This document shows, one piece after another, positions 1-9,012 of a stretch of 64,000 nucleotides of DNA (position 1 is its first letter; every line of letters begins with the position of its first letter). Source of the DNA: an uncultured Planctomycetota bacterium (GTDB lineage Bacteria; Planctomycetota; B143-G9). The position numbers and the translations under genes are program-made. Below the pieces are notes generated by a model. That model saw only the letters and a program-made list of their open reading frames with translations, did no database searches and had not been told where the DNA came from. The stretch covers positions 4,647 through 68,646 of the forward strand of contig CAZNBY010000001.1 of the NCBI GenBank assembly GCA_964571525.1. The letters run 5' to 3'.

Positions 1-10
1 GCAAAAAAAG

Positions 11-37
11 TTGACAACGAGCATCTTCGGCTATAAT
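11..37 (+). promoter_or_regulatory. sigma70-like promoter of tRNA-Phe
   Basis: Perfect TTGACA (11-16) and TATAAT (32-37) with a 15-bp spacer, upstream A-tract, 14 nt before the tRNA. Confidence 0.6.
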
Positions 38-51
38 CTCGCAACAACTAC

Positions 52-127
<76 letters not shown>

Positions 128-134
128 GAAGCCC

Positions 135-160
135 AAAGCCCCGCAATGCGGGGCTTTTTT
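135..160 (+). terminator. intrinsic terminator after tRNA-Phe
   Basis: AAAGCCCCGC-AAT-GCGGGGCTTT followed by T run. Confidence 0.85.
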
Positions 161-194
161 GTTGATTTTGATATTTTCTGTATATAATATTCAC

Positions 195-488
195 ATGGCG
201 ACAATGCAAGCTTTCAAAGATGGCTACTTTTCAATCTACCTGCATTCGCAGTCTAAAGCTAATTTTCTGAAGAAGAAGCTCAAGACATTTCGAAAGCAGA
301 CATTTACGGATCCATTTGGGAGAGACAAAGCTAATGTTAGACGCGACTCATGTGAAGTGATCGCTAATTGGCTATCCTCGAAGGGCTATGTGGGCGAAGC
401 ATTGAGGTTAAGACACTGTACTGAAGGTATCGTAGACTCTCAAAAGGATAACGCACCGCTATGTCCACAAGAAAACGAGACGATATAG
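195..488 (+). CDS. hypothetical protein (97 aa), probably leaderless
   Basis: Second Met of track ORF 93..488 (the first start lies inside the tRNA); ATG is 6 nt after TATAAT (183-188) with TTGATT at 162-167; overlaps next ORF. Confidence 0.5.
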   Translation: MATMQAFKDGYFSIYLHSQSKANFLKKKLKTFRKQTFTDPFGRDKANVRRDSCEVIANWLSSKGYVGEALRLRHCTEGIVDSQKDNAPLCPQENETI

Positions 489-901
489 AACGCCAGAAGG
501 TAATTGGACCGTCCAATTCTGGCCAGTTCACAATACAAGGCCAGATTACAAGCCCTCTCCCCCCACCAGACTGGATGAGTAAGTATCAAGCGATCAATCC
601 AAAATTCTCGGAAGTAATCGTTGAGATGTTGCTGAAAGAGCAACAACACCGTCATACTATCGACACTATCACTTCCTCAGCTCTTGCCGATGACATCAAG
701 AACGAGCGAAAAGCACAAAAGTGTGCTCAGTGGTTATCTTGGTCAATCGCTATTGGATGCTTAATCGGTGTTGTTATCTGTGCTCTGAATGGCATGGAAT
801 ACGCAGCGATTGTTGTCGCTGCCACACCATTAACAACCGCAATTGCTGCGATAATCGGCAAGAAGAAAGAAACGACTAAGGAAAACCTAAGTGATATCTA
901 A
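461..901 (+). CDS. DUF2335-like membrane protein
   Basis: SPLPPPDWMSKYQAINPKFSEVIVEMLLKEQQHRH resembles the DUF2335 core (GPLPPP..L..Y..I.P..A..I..M...EQ.HRH), followed by two hydrophobic helices. Confidence 0.7.
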   Translation: MSTRKRDDIERQKVIGPSNSGQFTIQGQITSPLPPPDWMSKYQAINPKFSEVIVEMLLKEQQHRHTIDTITSSALADDIKNERKAQKCAQWLSWSIAIGCLIGVVICALNGMEYAAIVVAATPLTTAIAAIIGKKKETTKENLSDI

Positions 902-905
902 CTGA

Positions 906-924
906 CTGGCCCTCGGCACCAGAA
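906..924 (+). repeat. attR-like copy of 19-bp direct repeat
   Basis: Exact copy of 112-130. Confidence 0.9.
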
Positions 925-930
925 ACAATC

Positions 931-960
931 AGGGCTTCCAGCACGGAAGCCCTTTCTTTT
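931..960 (+). terminator. intrinsic terminator, probably the displaced original tRNA terminator
   Basis: AGGGCTTCC-AGCAC-GGAAGCCCT then TTCTTTT, 6 nt after the att copy. Confidence 0.75.
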
Positions 961-1021
961 TCCGCATATGTGTAACAGCTTTGTGTAACTAACCGATTTT
1001 CTTGATGAGTTGGGGAGATAC

Positions 1022-1047
1022 GAAAATCCCCGGGGGTTACCGGGGAT
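1022..1047 (-). terminator. putative terminator of the MTase gene
   Basis: ATCCCCGG/CCGGGGAT 8-bp stem followed by TTT on the minus strand. Confidence 0.5.
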
Positions 1048-1079
1048 CTCTGGCATATCACACTAAATAGAGAACGAAT

Positions 1080-2714
1080 TCACTCCTCATTCCCCTTCTG
1101 ACCCAACAAAGCTAAATCATTCTCCTTCTTCGGCTTCTTCCACATCTCAGGATCGGTAGCTGGAATATCGGGTTTCTTGCCGTTGAGCAATTCCTCAATG
1201 GTGAAAATCTGAAGTCTCGGATATTTCTTGTTGTGGCGTTCAAAGAATCCTGTGGCTATTGCTTCAGTTCGCATTGGAGTTGTCGGCTCTGTAAGTGTTA
1301 TAAAAAGACCGATCGCGGCCTTCTCGCGATCAAGAACTCCCTTAAGGTCGCGGATCATACCCACATTAACATTTTCTCCTCCTTTTACAGAGACAATGAC
1401 GCGAAAGGTCTCACCCCTGACCGGCGTAACATAAAGCACCCCATCAATGCCTCTGTCTGCACCTTTCTTGATTCCGGCTTGCGGAAAGGCATCAACAAGA
1501 GACAACGCCCAGTATTGAAACTGGTATTTGTCTCGAGAGGCCAGATCGCGAGCTCCATCTAAATCCTTTGGAATCCCATGCACCTGATATGCAATGTCTG
1601 GAAACGCATCTTTCAACCTGCGCTCAATGAGCGATATCGCAAGGTGCGTTATGTCAATACCAATCCAGTTTCTATTTAGCTTCTGCGCTGCATGCAAAGC
1701 GGTACCACAACCACAGAATGGATCGAGGACAACATCACCCTCGTTACTGGAAGCAGAGATAATTCGCTCAAGCAGTGCAAGCGGTTTCTGGGTTGGGTAG
1801 CCTAAGCGCTCAGGAGTTGTCGCATGAAGAGGATTTATGTCGGTCCACACATTCGTAACAATCGAGCCTTTTTGCTCATTCAAGAATCTCTTCAGTCGTG
1901 GTCGTCGCGAAAAATCGAAGGAACCATCTTCATTCTTAGGATACCAGATGCATCCCTTATCATGGAGAACCTGCATTGTGATTCGTTGATACCTCCAACC
2001 CTTTTCTGGGCAAGGAAATCCCATCCATTCGTACATCATTCTTGGCCGTGGATTTGGACTTGCCATGTTGTCGAGTTGATACAGCCCCCTGCCATCGTTG
2101 TCATCAAAGCGGTAGAATTTCTCAATGTATGAAGTCTTGTGCCCCCCGTATTGCGGAAAGAAATTGTGTTTCATTGTCTTGCTATAGAAAAGCAGCACAT
2201 CCGACACATCTGCATACTTTCGCTTTGCGTCGCTGTGGGCAGTCTGTCGCTTCCAAATGATCTCATTTCTGAAGTTGTCTGGTCCGAACACACCGTCTAA
2301 TACGACTTTCAGATAATGCGATGCTGTGGGATCACAATGCAAATATAGGCTGCCAGTAGGCTTCAGAATTCGGTGAAGCTCGACCAACCGGGCTGCCATA
2401 TTTACAAGATATGCCATCATATCATTCTCGCCAAGATATACACGCATTGCCACAATCATCTGTGCAACTCTGGCGTTCTTATGCTTGCCTTGTGTTACAT
2501 CATGGTAGGCTTTCTCTGCTTCATTTCCCCAGTGCCATGTATCGTCGAATGCCTCTATCTGAGCCTGTGAGTCCGTACCTCTTCTCGACTTAAAGAGTAT
2601 GTTGTATGTGGATTGCGAGTTGAATGGCGGATCGAGGTAGATAAGGTCCACCGACTCGTTACCAAGATGGTCTCGCATCACGAGCAGATTGTCACCGAAG
2701 TACAAGTGGTTCAT
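1080..2714 (-). CDS. beta-class N6-adenine/N4-cytosine DNA methyltransferase fused to a C-terminal Mrr-like restriction endonuclease domain
   Basis: Motif IV DPPF precedes motif I DPFCGCGT (beta order); C-terminal GADRGIDG...IVSVKGG...IRDLKGVLDREKAAIGLFITL is Mrr_cat-like; RBS GGAGG. Confidence 0.88.
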   Translation of the reverse strand: MNHLYFGDNLLVMRDHLGNESVDLIYLDPPFNSQSTYNILFKSRRGTDSQAQIEAFDDTWHWGNEAEKAYHDVTQGKHKNARVAQMIVAMRVYLGENDMMAYLVNMAARLVELHRILKPTGSLYLHCDPTASHYLKVVLDGVFGPDNFRNEIIWKRQTAHSDAKRKYADVSDVLLFYSKTMKHNFFPQYGGHKTSYIEKFYRFDDNDGRGLYQLDNMASPNPRPRMMYEWMGFPCPEKGWRYQRITMQVLHDKGCIWYPKNEDGSFDFSRRPRLKRFLNEQKGSIVTNVWTDINPLHATTPERLGYPTQKPLALLERIISASSNEGDVVLDPFCGCGTALHAAQKLNRNWIGIDITHLAISLIERRLKDAFPDIAYQVHGIPKDLDGARDLASRDKYQFQYWALSLVDAFPQAGIKKGADRGIDGVLYVTPVRGETFRVIVSVKGGENVNVGMIRDLKGVLDREKAAIGLFITLTEPTTPMRTEAIATGFFERHNKKYPRLQIFTIEELLNGKKPDIPATDPEMWKKPKKENDLALLGQKGNEE

Positions 2715-2881
2715 GCAACCCTCCCTTTACTATTCTCCACTCTTTTGCATGGAAGCCAACCATACACATTCACTTTGCGCAGAAAGGCGCCGGTTCATTC
2801 CAACAGGTAAGCCGAGAAATTCGGCGCAAATCATTCCGTGCAAAGCCTCTCCCCAACACAGAATACGCGAACACGCATTTC

Positions 2882-2981
2882 GTGAAAAATTTCTTTATTA
2901 CTCCAATGCCCATCTTAATTAGGTTCCATAACATTCCGTGATATTTTTCACATTATATTTTTATATCGTGAATTTTTTACC
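2882..2981. promoter_or_regulatory. putative Rex/CRP-type operator boxes
   Basis: cGTGA-TATTTT-TCACA at 2938-2952 plus partial boxes at 2882 and 2968 in the AT-rich divergent intergenic region. Confidence 0.45.
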
Positions 2982-3024
2982 AATTGAGAATTTTTGGAAA
3001 TTTTGCCACTTTATAAGAATTTTC

Positions 3025-3052
3025 TTGCATAACCTGATTTCGGTGATATGAT
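3025..3052 (+). promoter_or_regulatory. sigma70-like promoter of the redox operon
   Basis: TTGCAT-N16-TATGAT with extended -10 TG; RBS GGAGG at 3075-3079. Confidence 0.5.
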
Positions 3053-3083
3053 ACAAATGTCACGATTAACTTGCGGAGGTAAC

Positions 3084-3614
3084 ATGCCCCACAACGACTG
3101 CAAGCACGACTGGGCGATGTGCAATGTGAAAAACGGGTATCTGGTTGTGGAAGGCTGCTTCCATTGCGGACAGAGGATTTCCTTCTTCTCGCAAGAACCC
3201 GTCCCTCCTATTGATGACTATCGCGAAGGCGAACATTTCTGGAGCTTTCGCGCAGGTTATCAGGCGACAATGTTTGATTTAAAGTGCGATAAATGCATGA
3301 AGCTTGTCGCTCTGAACGATGTCGCTGCGCTTATGCTCTGCATGAGATGCGATCCCGAATGCGGAGTGAACAAGCTCTACGCCAAGCAGAAGGGGCGTGC
3401 CCCTTGGGTGTATGTCGCCCTGTGCACAAATACATCTCATCCTGATGGGGCTTGCGTAACGGATGCTGGTATCAGGGCTCTTGAGGAGTACTTCAACGCG
3501 GGCATCCGTGAACAGGGCAAGGAGATAATTGTTGCTCCATGCAGCCTTCGCGTCTCGCCCGATATGTGCCAAGGGATTGTGCTTGCCGATGTCGGACTTA
3601 CTGAACTCTATTGA
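3084..3614 (+). CDS. Cys-rich hypothetical protein (176 aa), possible metal/Fe-S binding
   Basis: Start moved to ATG 3084 (RBS GGAGG); motifs CFHC, CDKC, CMRCDPEC and further Cys; first gene of the operon. Confidence 0.8.
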   Translation: MPHNDCKHDWAMCNVKNGYLVVEGCFHCGQRISFFSQEPVPPIDDYREGEHFWSFRAGYQATMFDLKCDKCMKLVALNDVAALMLCMRCDPECGVNKLYAKQKGRAPWVYVALCTNTSHPDGACVTDAGIRALEEYFNAGIREQGKEIIVAPCSLRVSPDMCQGIVLADVGLTELY

Positions 3615-3654
3615 TAGCTATCAAATCAGCGGTCAACGCCGAAAGGAAGTAGAG

Positions 3655-3981
3655 ATGAATATCTCGCAAGTAGCAGAAAAAGCGGGTCTTAAGGTCTTTA
3701 ATAAGCTCAACGATAAGCCGGTTGATGGTGTCTATATCTCCGACATGGTTAGCGACATCATCGGCAGCAAAGAGGGCAACCTGTTGGTTACTCTGCAAAC
3801 CCATAAGAACCTCATTGCGGCGGCAAATCTCGTTGATGTATCTGCTATAGTCTTCACCCGCGGTAAGAAGCCAGCAGAGGATGTTGTCGAACTTGCCAAT
3901 AAGGCTGGCATAAGCCTGTTGGGAACAGACGACGACACTTGGACCTTCGCCAAGAAACTCTACGAAATCGGGCTTCGCTGA
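3655..3981 (+). CDS. DRTGG-domain protein
   Basis: VYISDMVSD...LLVTLQTHKNLIAAANLVDVSAIVFTRGKKP...LAN..GISLL pattern typical of hydrogenase-cluster DRTGG proteins; start at ATG 3655. Confidence 0.85.
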   Translation: MNISQVAEKAGLKVFNKLNDKPVDGVYISDMVSDIIGSKEGNLLVTLQTHKNLIAAANLVDVSAIVFTRGKKPAEDVVELANKAGISLLGTDDDTWTFAKKLYEIGLR

Positions 3982-4156
3982 TCAATTAAATGAGGTGAAG
4001 ACCGCGCTGCAAATCGCAGTGCAATAAGCGTTTCGTCAGACGAGCCTAATCCACATTCCGCGCTGAGCGGCTTTGTGGTGCGCATAAACAACCGGCGCAT
4101 GCACCATGTTTTATGGCATAGCGCCATTTATCGCGAAGAACAGCAAGGCAGGTGCT

Positions 4157-4624
4157 ATGTCTGGCGATGCGTTATCATTAGTGCTCGCGTCGTTTGCGGG
4201 AAACCGTAGCGATTTGATCCCACTCCTCCAAAAGACCCAAGAGACACTCGGTTACATTTCACAAGATGCAGTACACGCCATCGCGCGCAAGCTGAAGATA
4301 TCAGAAAACGAGATCTTCGGCGTTGCATCCTTCTACGCCCAATTCCGCTTTCACCCTCCCGGCAAGCATCACATCAAAGTCTGCACGGGCACCGCTTGCC
4401 ATGTAAAAGGCGGTGAGCAGATACTTGAGACCGTGAAACGCAAACTCGAAGTAAACCCAGGCGAGACGACCGCCGATGGCGAATACGATCTCGAACGCGT
4501 CGCCTGCCTTGGGTGCTGTGCGCTCGCGCCTGTCGTAACTTTCGACTCGAAAACCTTCAGCCAAATGTCAGTTCTCAAACTCCAGGGGTTATTGAATGAG
4601 TATTCAGACAATGAAGACGCGTAG
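4157..4624 (+). CDS. nuoE: NuoE/HydC-like [2Fe-2S] subunit
   Basis: LIPLLQKTQE, GVASFY, VCTGTACH, VACLGCCALAP; start at ATG 4157. Confidence 0.92.
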   Translation: MSGDALSLVLASFAGNRSDLIPLLQKTQETLGYISQDAVHAIARKLKISENEIFGVASFYAQFRFHPPGKHHIKVCTGTACHVKGGEQILETVKRKLEVNPGETTADGEYDLERVACLGCCALAPVVTFDSKTFSQMSVLKLQGLLNEYSDNEDA

Positions 4625-6464
4625 AGACGCAGCAAAGGGCAAGTGGGATTCGATAATCTCAAACAGCGAGCCGATAATATACTTCGGCGCTGGCTCCTGC
4701 GGTCTGGCTGCAGGAGCATCGGAGACCCAGAAAGAGGTCGAAAGGTATCTATCTGAAAAGGGCGAAAACCTTCGCATAATTCAGGTGGGGTGTATCGGCC
4801 CCTGCTATCTCGAACCCCTTATGGACATTCAAGTGCCCGGTAAGCCGCGCGTCAGCTTTGGCAATGTGATGCCCGAACATGTCACAAAAATACTTGATTC
4901 GGCACTTAGCGGCGACTTCAAGCGGTATCACCTTGCAGGCCATCTCGGCGACGGGGATATTCCCAATGTGCCTAAGTTCTTCGAACTGCCGATGCTGAAG
5001 CCTCAGGTTCGCAATGTGCTTCGCAACTGCGGCATTATTGACCCAGACGAGATTGACCACTATATTGCTCGCGACGGATACTTGGCGATAGAGAAGTGCT
5101 TGACACTGAATTGGCAAGATGTGATGGATACAGTCAAGCGCTCAGGGCTTAGAGGACGAGGCGGCGCGGGTTTTCCCACATGGCGCAAGTGGACTTTCTG
5201 CCGCGAGGCTCCCGGTGATAAGAAATATCTTATATGCAATGCTGACGAGGGCGACCCGGGCGCATTTATGAACCGTTCGGTTATTGAGGGCGATCCACAT
5301 GCCGTTTTAGAGGGCATGCTTATAGCTGCATACGCGATCGGCGCAAGCGAAGGTTATGTCTATATTCGCGCTGAATACCCGCTTGCAATTAAACGGTTGA
5401 AAAGAGCGATTGGGCAGATGCGCGAATATGGTCTTCTTGGCGAGAACATATTGAACTCGGGCTTCAGCTTCGATATCAAGATAAAGGAGGGCGCGGGCGC
5501 GTTCGTATGCGGTGAGGAGACCGCGCTGATCGCCTCAATTGAGGGCAAACGGGGCATGCCCCGCACCAGACCACCGTTTCCAGCTATTGAGGGGCTTTGG
5601 GGCAAGCCGACCATAATCAACAATGTCGAAACGCTTGCCAACCTGCCGAATATTCTACGCAACGGAGCCGAATGGTTTTCAGCTTGGGGTACAGCGACAA
5701 GCAAGGGCACAAAGACCTTTTCGCTTGTCGGTAAGGTGCGAAGAACGGGCTTGATTGAAGTGCCGCTCGGAATAACGCTTCGAGAGGTCATCTTCGATAT
5801 CGGCGGCGGGACAGTGAAACCATTCAAAGCGGTACAGAGCGGAGGCCCTTCAGGAGGCTGCCTTTCCGACGAGTTTCTCGATATACCGATTGATTACGAA
5901 AACCTCGCCGCGGCTGGCTCTATAATGGGGTCAGGCGGGCTTATTGTCGTTGATTCCGACACCTGCATTGTTGACATGGCGAAGTACTTTCTCAATTTCA
6001 CGCAGCAGGAATCATGCGGCAAATGCGTTCCTTGCCGAGTAGGCACTCGCCATCTGGTTGATATTCTCGATTTGATTTGCAAGGGCAAGGCCGAAGTCGG
6101 CGATATAGATAAGCTGCATAACCTCGCCACAACAATTCAGGCAGGCGCTCTTTGCGCACTGGGTGGAACTGCGCCAAATCCTGTGCTTTCCACTCTGAAG
6201 TACTTCCGCGCAGAATACCTGCAGCATATACGCGAAAAACGATGTTCTGCAGCCGTTTGCCGCGACCTTGTGATATACCGCATCATACCCAACCGTTGCA
6301 CCGGATGCCAAAGATGTGTGTCGGTCTGCCCTACTGGAGCAATAACCGGCCCCCGTTCAGAGGTGCATAATCTTAACCAAGAGCTTTGCATAAAGTGCCG
6401 TTCGTGTTACGAAATTTGCAGGTTCGACGCAATAGCCGGCGACGCTATCGTTATCGAATCTTAG
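4596..6464 (+). CDS. nuoF: NuoF/HydB-like flavin NAD(H)-binding subunit, long bifurcating type
   Basis: N-terminal Trx-like [2Fe-2S], GLRGRGGAGF, NADEGDPGAFM, CGEETAL, GGPSGG, ESCGKCVPCR, H..EKRC.AAVC, two C-terminal [4Fe-4S] motifs; alternative start 4611. Confidence 0.93.
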   Translation: MSIQTMKTRRDAAKGKWDSIISNSEPIIYFGAGSCGLAAGASETQKEVERYLSEKGENLRIIQVGCIGPCYLEPLMDIQVPGKPRVSFGNVMPEHVTKILDSALSGDFKRYHLAGHLGDGDIPNVPKFFELPMLKPQVRNVLRNCGIIDPDEIDHYIARDGYLAIEKCLTLNWQDVMDTVKRSGLRGRGGAGFPTWRKWTFCREAPGDKKYLICNADEGDPGAFMNRSVIEGDPHAVLEGMLIAAYAIGASEGYVYIRAEYPLAIKRLKRAIGQMREYGLLGENILNSGFSFDIKIKEGAGAFVCGEETALIASIEGKRGMPRTRPPFPAIEGLWGKPTIINNVETLANLPNILRNGAEWFSAWGTATSKGTKTFSLVGKVRRTGLIEVPLGITLREVIFDIGGGTVKPFKAVQSGGPSGGCLSDEFLDIPIDYENLAAAGSIMGSGGLIVVDSDTCIVDMAKYFLNFTQQESCGKCVPCRVGTRHLVDILDLICKGKAEVGDIDKLHNLATTIQAGALCALGGTAPNPVLSTLKYFRAEYLQHIREKRCSAAVCRDLVIYRIIPNRCTGCQRCVSVCPTGAITGPRSEVHNLNQELCIKCRSCYEICRFDAIAGDAIVIES

Positions 6465-6488
6465 CATAAACAATCAGCGGAGTCTATC

Positions 6489-8999
6489 GTGGCGCTTACA
6501 CAACCAAAAATGTTAAAGATGCTGATCAACCACCATCCGGTTGATTTTCCCGAAGGAGTAACCGTGCTTCGAGCAGCGGAGTTGAACGGAATCTACATCC
6601 CCTCGCTGTGCTCCCATAAAGACTTATCCCCCTTCGGCTCATGCAGAATGTGCATGGTCGAGATAGAGGGCATGAGGGGATACCCACTCGCCTGCGATAC
6701 GCGTGCGCAGGAGGGTATGAAGGTGCTGACGGATACGGTAAGGCTTCGCGAATTGCGAAAGCAGATACTCCAACTCATTCTAAGCGAGCACCCATCAAGC
6801 TGCCTAATATGCGACGAGAAAGATGAATGCAAGGACTATCAGGGGACGATTAGAAAGACAGGCATCTCGACTGGTTGCAGATATTGCCCTAACGACATGC
6901 AATGTGAACTCCAAGACCTTGTTGAGCATGTCGGCGTTACACAAATGGACTACCCCGTTTACTATCACGGCTACGAACCTGAGATCGAGGACCCCTTCTA
7001 CGATCGCGATTACAACATTTGCATACTTTGCGGGCGCTGTGTGCGAATGTGTCAGGAGGTTCGCGGCGCGTCTGTCTTGGCGTTCACCTACCGCGGCAGA
7101 AAGGCTAAGATCGGCCCAGCTTTTGGCCGCAATCATGTAGAGGCGGGTTGCGAATTCTGCGGAGCCTGTGTTGATATATGTCCAACTGGTGCATTGGCAG
7201 ACAAAGTTTCGAAATGGGACGGAAAGCCCGACAGTTATGAGATATCAACCTGCCCATTCTGCGCCATCGGATGCAATCTCGAAGTAATGCGCAAGAACGG
7301 CAGACTCTCAAGCGTGAAAGCCAATCTCGATCCGATAGTGAACGATGGGCAGTTGTGCGTAAAGGGGCGCTTCTGCTTACCCGAGATAACGCACCACTTC
7401 ACTCGCGCGCGAAAGCCAATGATGAAGAAAGGCGCATATTTCCGAGAGGTTGATTGGGAAGAGGCGCTTAATGCAGCGGTGGAGCATTTGAAAGATGTGG
7501 ATGTATCTAAGTTCCTCCTGTCTGTCTCACCCGATCTCACTAATGAGAGCCTTTTCGCTGCGCAGAAATTTGTGCGCGAAGCAATGCGCTCGAATTCTAT
7601 TGACTCGACCGGCAGATTTTCTCTTACGGGCGGGCTTGATCTTTGGCGCAAGCTGTTCTCACTTCCTATTTCCATACATGGAATCGGCAACAGCGATACT
7701 ATAATCGCGCTATCGCTCGACACGCGTTTCGCTTACTCCACCGTTGGCGTTGAGATACGCCATGCACTTAAGCGAGGGGCGCGTTTGATCACAATAGACC
7801 CGCGCGACAGCAATCTTGCAAGCTATACGAATTGCAGTCTTAGACCATCTGCCGGAACCGAGGGCGCTGTAATTGCAGCTCTTGCAGATGCCATCTCCGG
7901 AAAAGAACTCGACATTACAGGCCTTTGCAAGCTATCCGGCATCGAAGCTACGATGTTAAAATCGGCAATCGCCATCGCACAAGGCGCAGACGATCTTGCC
8001 GTTATACTCGGCACACAGATATTCCATTACACGCATACATCACATCTTGGTCGCGCTATTGCCATGCTCGCGGATAGACCTAAGACCCTCTTCGTTCCTC
8101 TGTACACCGGCACAAACACGCGAGGAGCTTTCGAATTGGGTGTCTTTTCAGAATTCCTTCCAGGTCCAACAGCCTCGAATGGCGGGGGAAACCACATTCA
8201 CGACCTTTATAAGGCCGTAAACGGGCTTGATCTTCTGTATCTTGTCGGAGAAGCTCCATTTAACAGAAGGCCTAATGCGAAGTACATAATATCGCAAGAT
8301 ATCTACCCCCCGCCATTCGAGGTTGATCTGTTTCTGCCTGCAGCGAGCTTTGCCGAGGCGAAAGGCACGCTGACAAATATCGAGGGACGATTACAGCGCA
8401 ACATACAGATAGAGAATCTTCCCGACGGTGCACGCACAGGTTTTTCACGCCCCGACTGGTGGATCCTTGCAAAACTTGCGCAAAGACTTGGTAGCAATGC
8501 ACTTCGTTATGAAAGCACTGACGATGTTCACGCTGATATATCGTCAACAATTCCCGGATATCCGATGCATCCTGATCGTGAGGCAAGGCGCTTAAAACCA
8601 TCCTCCTACACCCCTCCCTCTCATTCCCAACCGGTGCCCGTAACTACATACAAACTTGTAATACAGCCCGGCTATTTCAGCCACAGAAGCGTTGATATGT
8701 CGGCAAAGGTGGAAGGTCTTGGCGTTCTGGCGCTCGAAGAAGGTCTGCAGATGAACTCCGAAGACCTGAAGAAGCTCGGCGGCTCTTCAGGTTCAAAGGT
8801 GAAGATTAGCACAGCAAGTGGTATCTGCGCGACTGTGATTGCCAAATCCGACCCGTCAATTCCAAGGGGATGCGTCTATTTCACCAGACCCTCGGCGTTT
8901 GGAGGGCTTGAGCATAGAGCTGACATCGCGCCCCTTTACGCAATCCACGAAAATCCATCGCCGATAGAAGTCTCGCTTGCCCCAAACAACGGTAAATAG
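6489..8999 (+). CDS. NuoG/FdhA-like Fe-S subunit with a non-catalytic molybdopterin-oxidoreductase fold
   Basis: [2Fe-2S], His-ligated [4Fe-4S], 2x[4Fe-4S], CPFCAIGC...C cluster; the Fdh DCCARV(U/C)H position reads DSTGRFSL; no H-cluster motifs. Confidence 0.85.
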   Translation: MALTQPKMLKMLINHHPVDFPEGVTVLRAAELNGIYIPSLCSHKDLSPFGSCRMCMVEIEGMRGYPLACDTRAQEGMKVLTDTVRLRELRKQILQLILSEHPSSCLICDEKDECKDYQGTIRKTGISTGCRYCPNDMQCELQDLVEHVGVTQMDYPVYYHGYEPEIEDPFYDRDYNICILCGRCVRMCQEVRGASVLAFTYRGRKAKIGPAFGRNHVEAGCEFCGACVDICPTGALADKVSKWDGKPDSYEISTCPFCAIGCNLEVMRKNGRLSSVKANLDPIVNDGQLCVKGRFCLPEITHHFTRARKPMMKKGAYFREVDWEEALNAAVEHLKDVDVSKFLLSVSPDLTNESLFAAQKFVREAMRSNSIDSTGRFSLTGGLDLWRKLFSLPISIHGIGNSDTIIALSLDTRFAYSTVGVEIRHALKRGARLITIDPRDSNLASYTNCSLRPSAGTEGAVIAALADAISGKELDITGLCKLSGIEATMLKSAIAIAQGADDLAVILGTQIFHYTHTSHLGRAIAMLADRPKTLFVPLYTGTNTRGAFELGVFSEFLPGPTASNGGGNHIHDLYKAVNGLDLLYLVGEAPFNRRPNAKYIISQDIYPPPFEVDLFLPAASFAEAKGTLTNIEGRLQRNIQIENLPDGARTGFSRPDWWILAKLAQRLGSNALRYESTDDVHADISSTIPGYPMHPDREARRLKPSSYTPPSHSQPVPVTTYKLVIQPGYFSHRSVDMSAKVEGLGVLALEEGLQMNSEDLKKLGGSSGSKVKISTASGICATVIAKSDPSIPRGCVYFTRPSAFGGLEHRADIAPLYAIHENPSPIEVSLAPNNGK

Positions 9000-9012
9000 A
9001 CGGGGAGGGAAA

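Larger units (their letters stand above)
131..924. mobile_element. 794-bp integrase-less islet / island remnant at tRNA-Phe
   Basis: Bounded by the duplicated tRNA 3' end (112-130 and 906-924); AT-richer than flanks; two small ORFs. Confidence 0.7.

Noticed and set aside
6489-8999. Formate dehydrogenase alpha subunit or catalytic HydA
   Set aside because: No Cys/Sec-His at the Mo-ligand position, no in-frame TGA and no H-cluster motifs
4157-8999. Respiratory complex I (nuoEFG) operon
   Set aside because: No nuoA-D/H-N membrane or quinone-module genes adjacent; NuoF has HydB-type extra Fe-S domains
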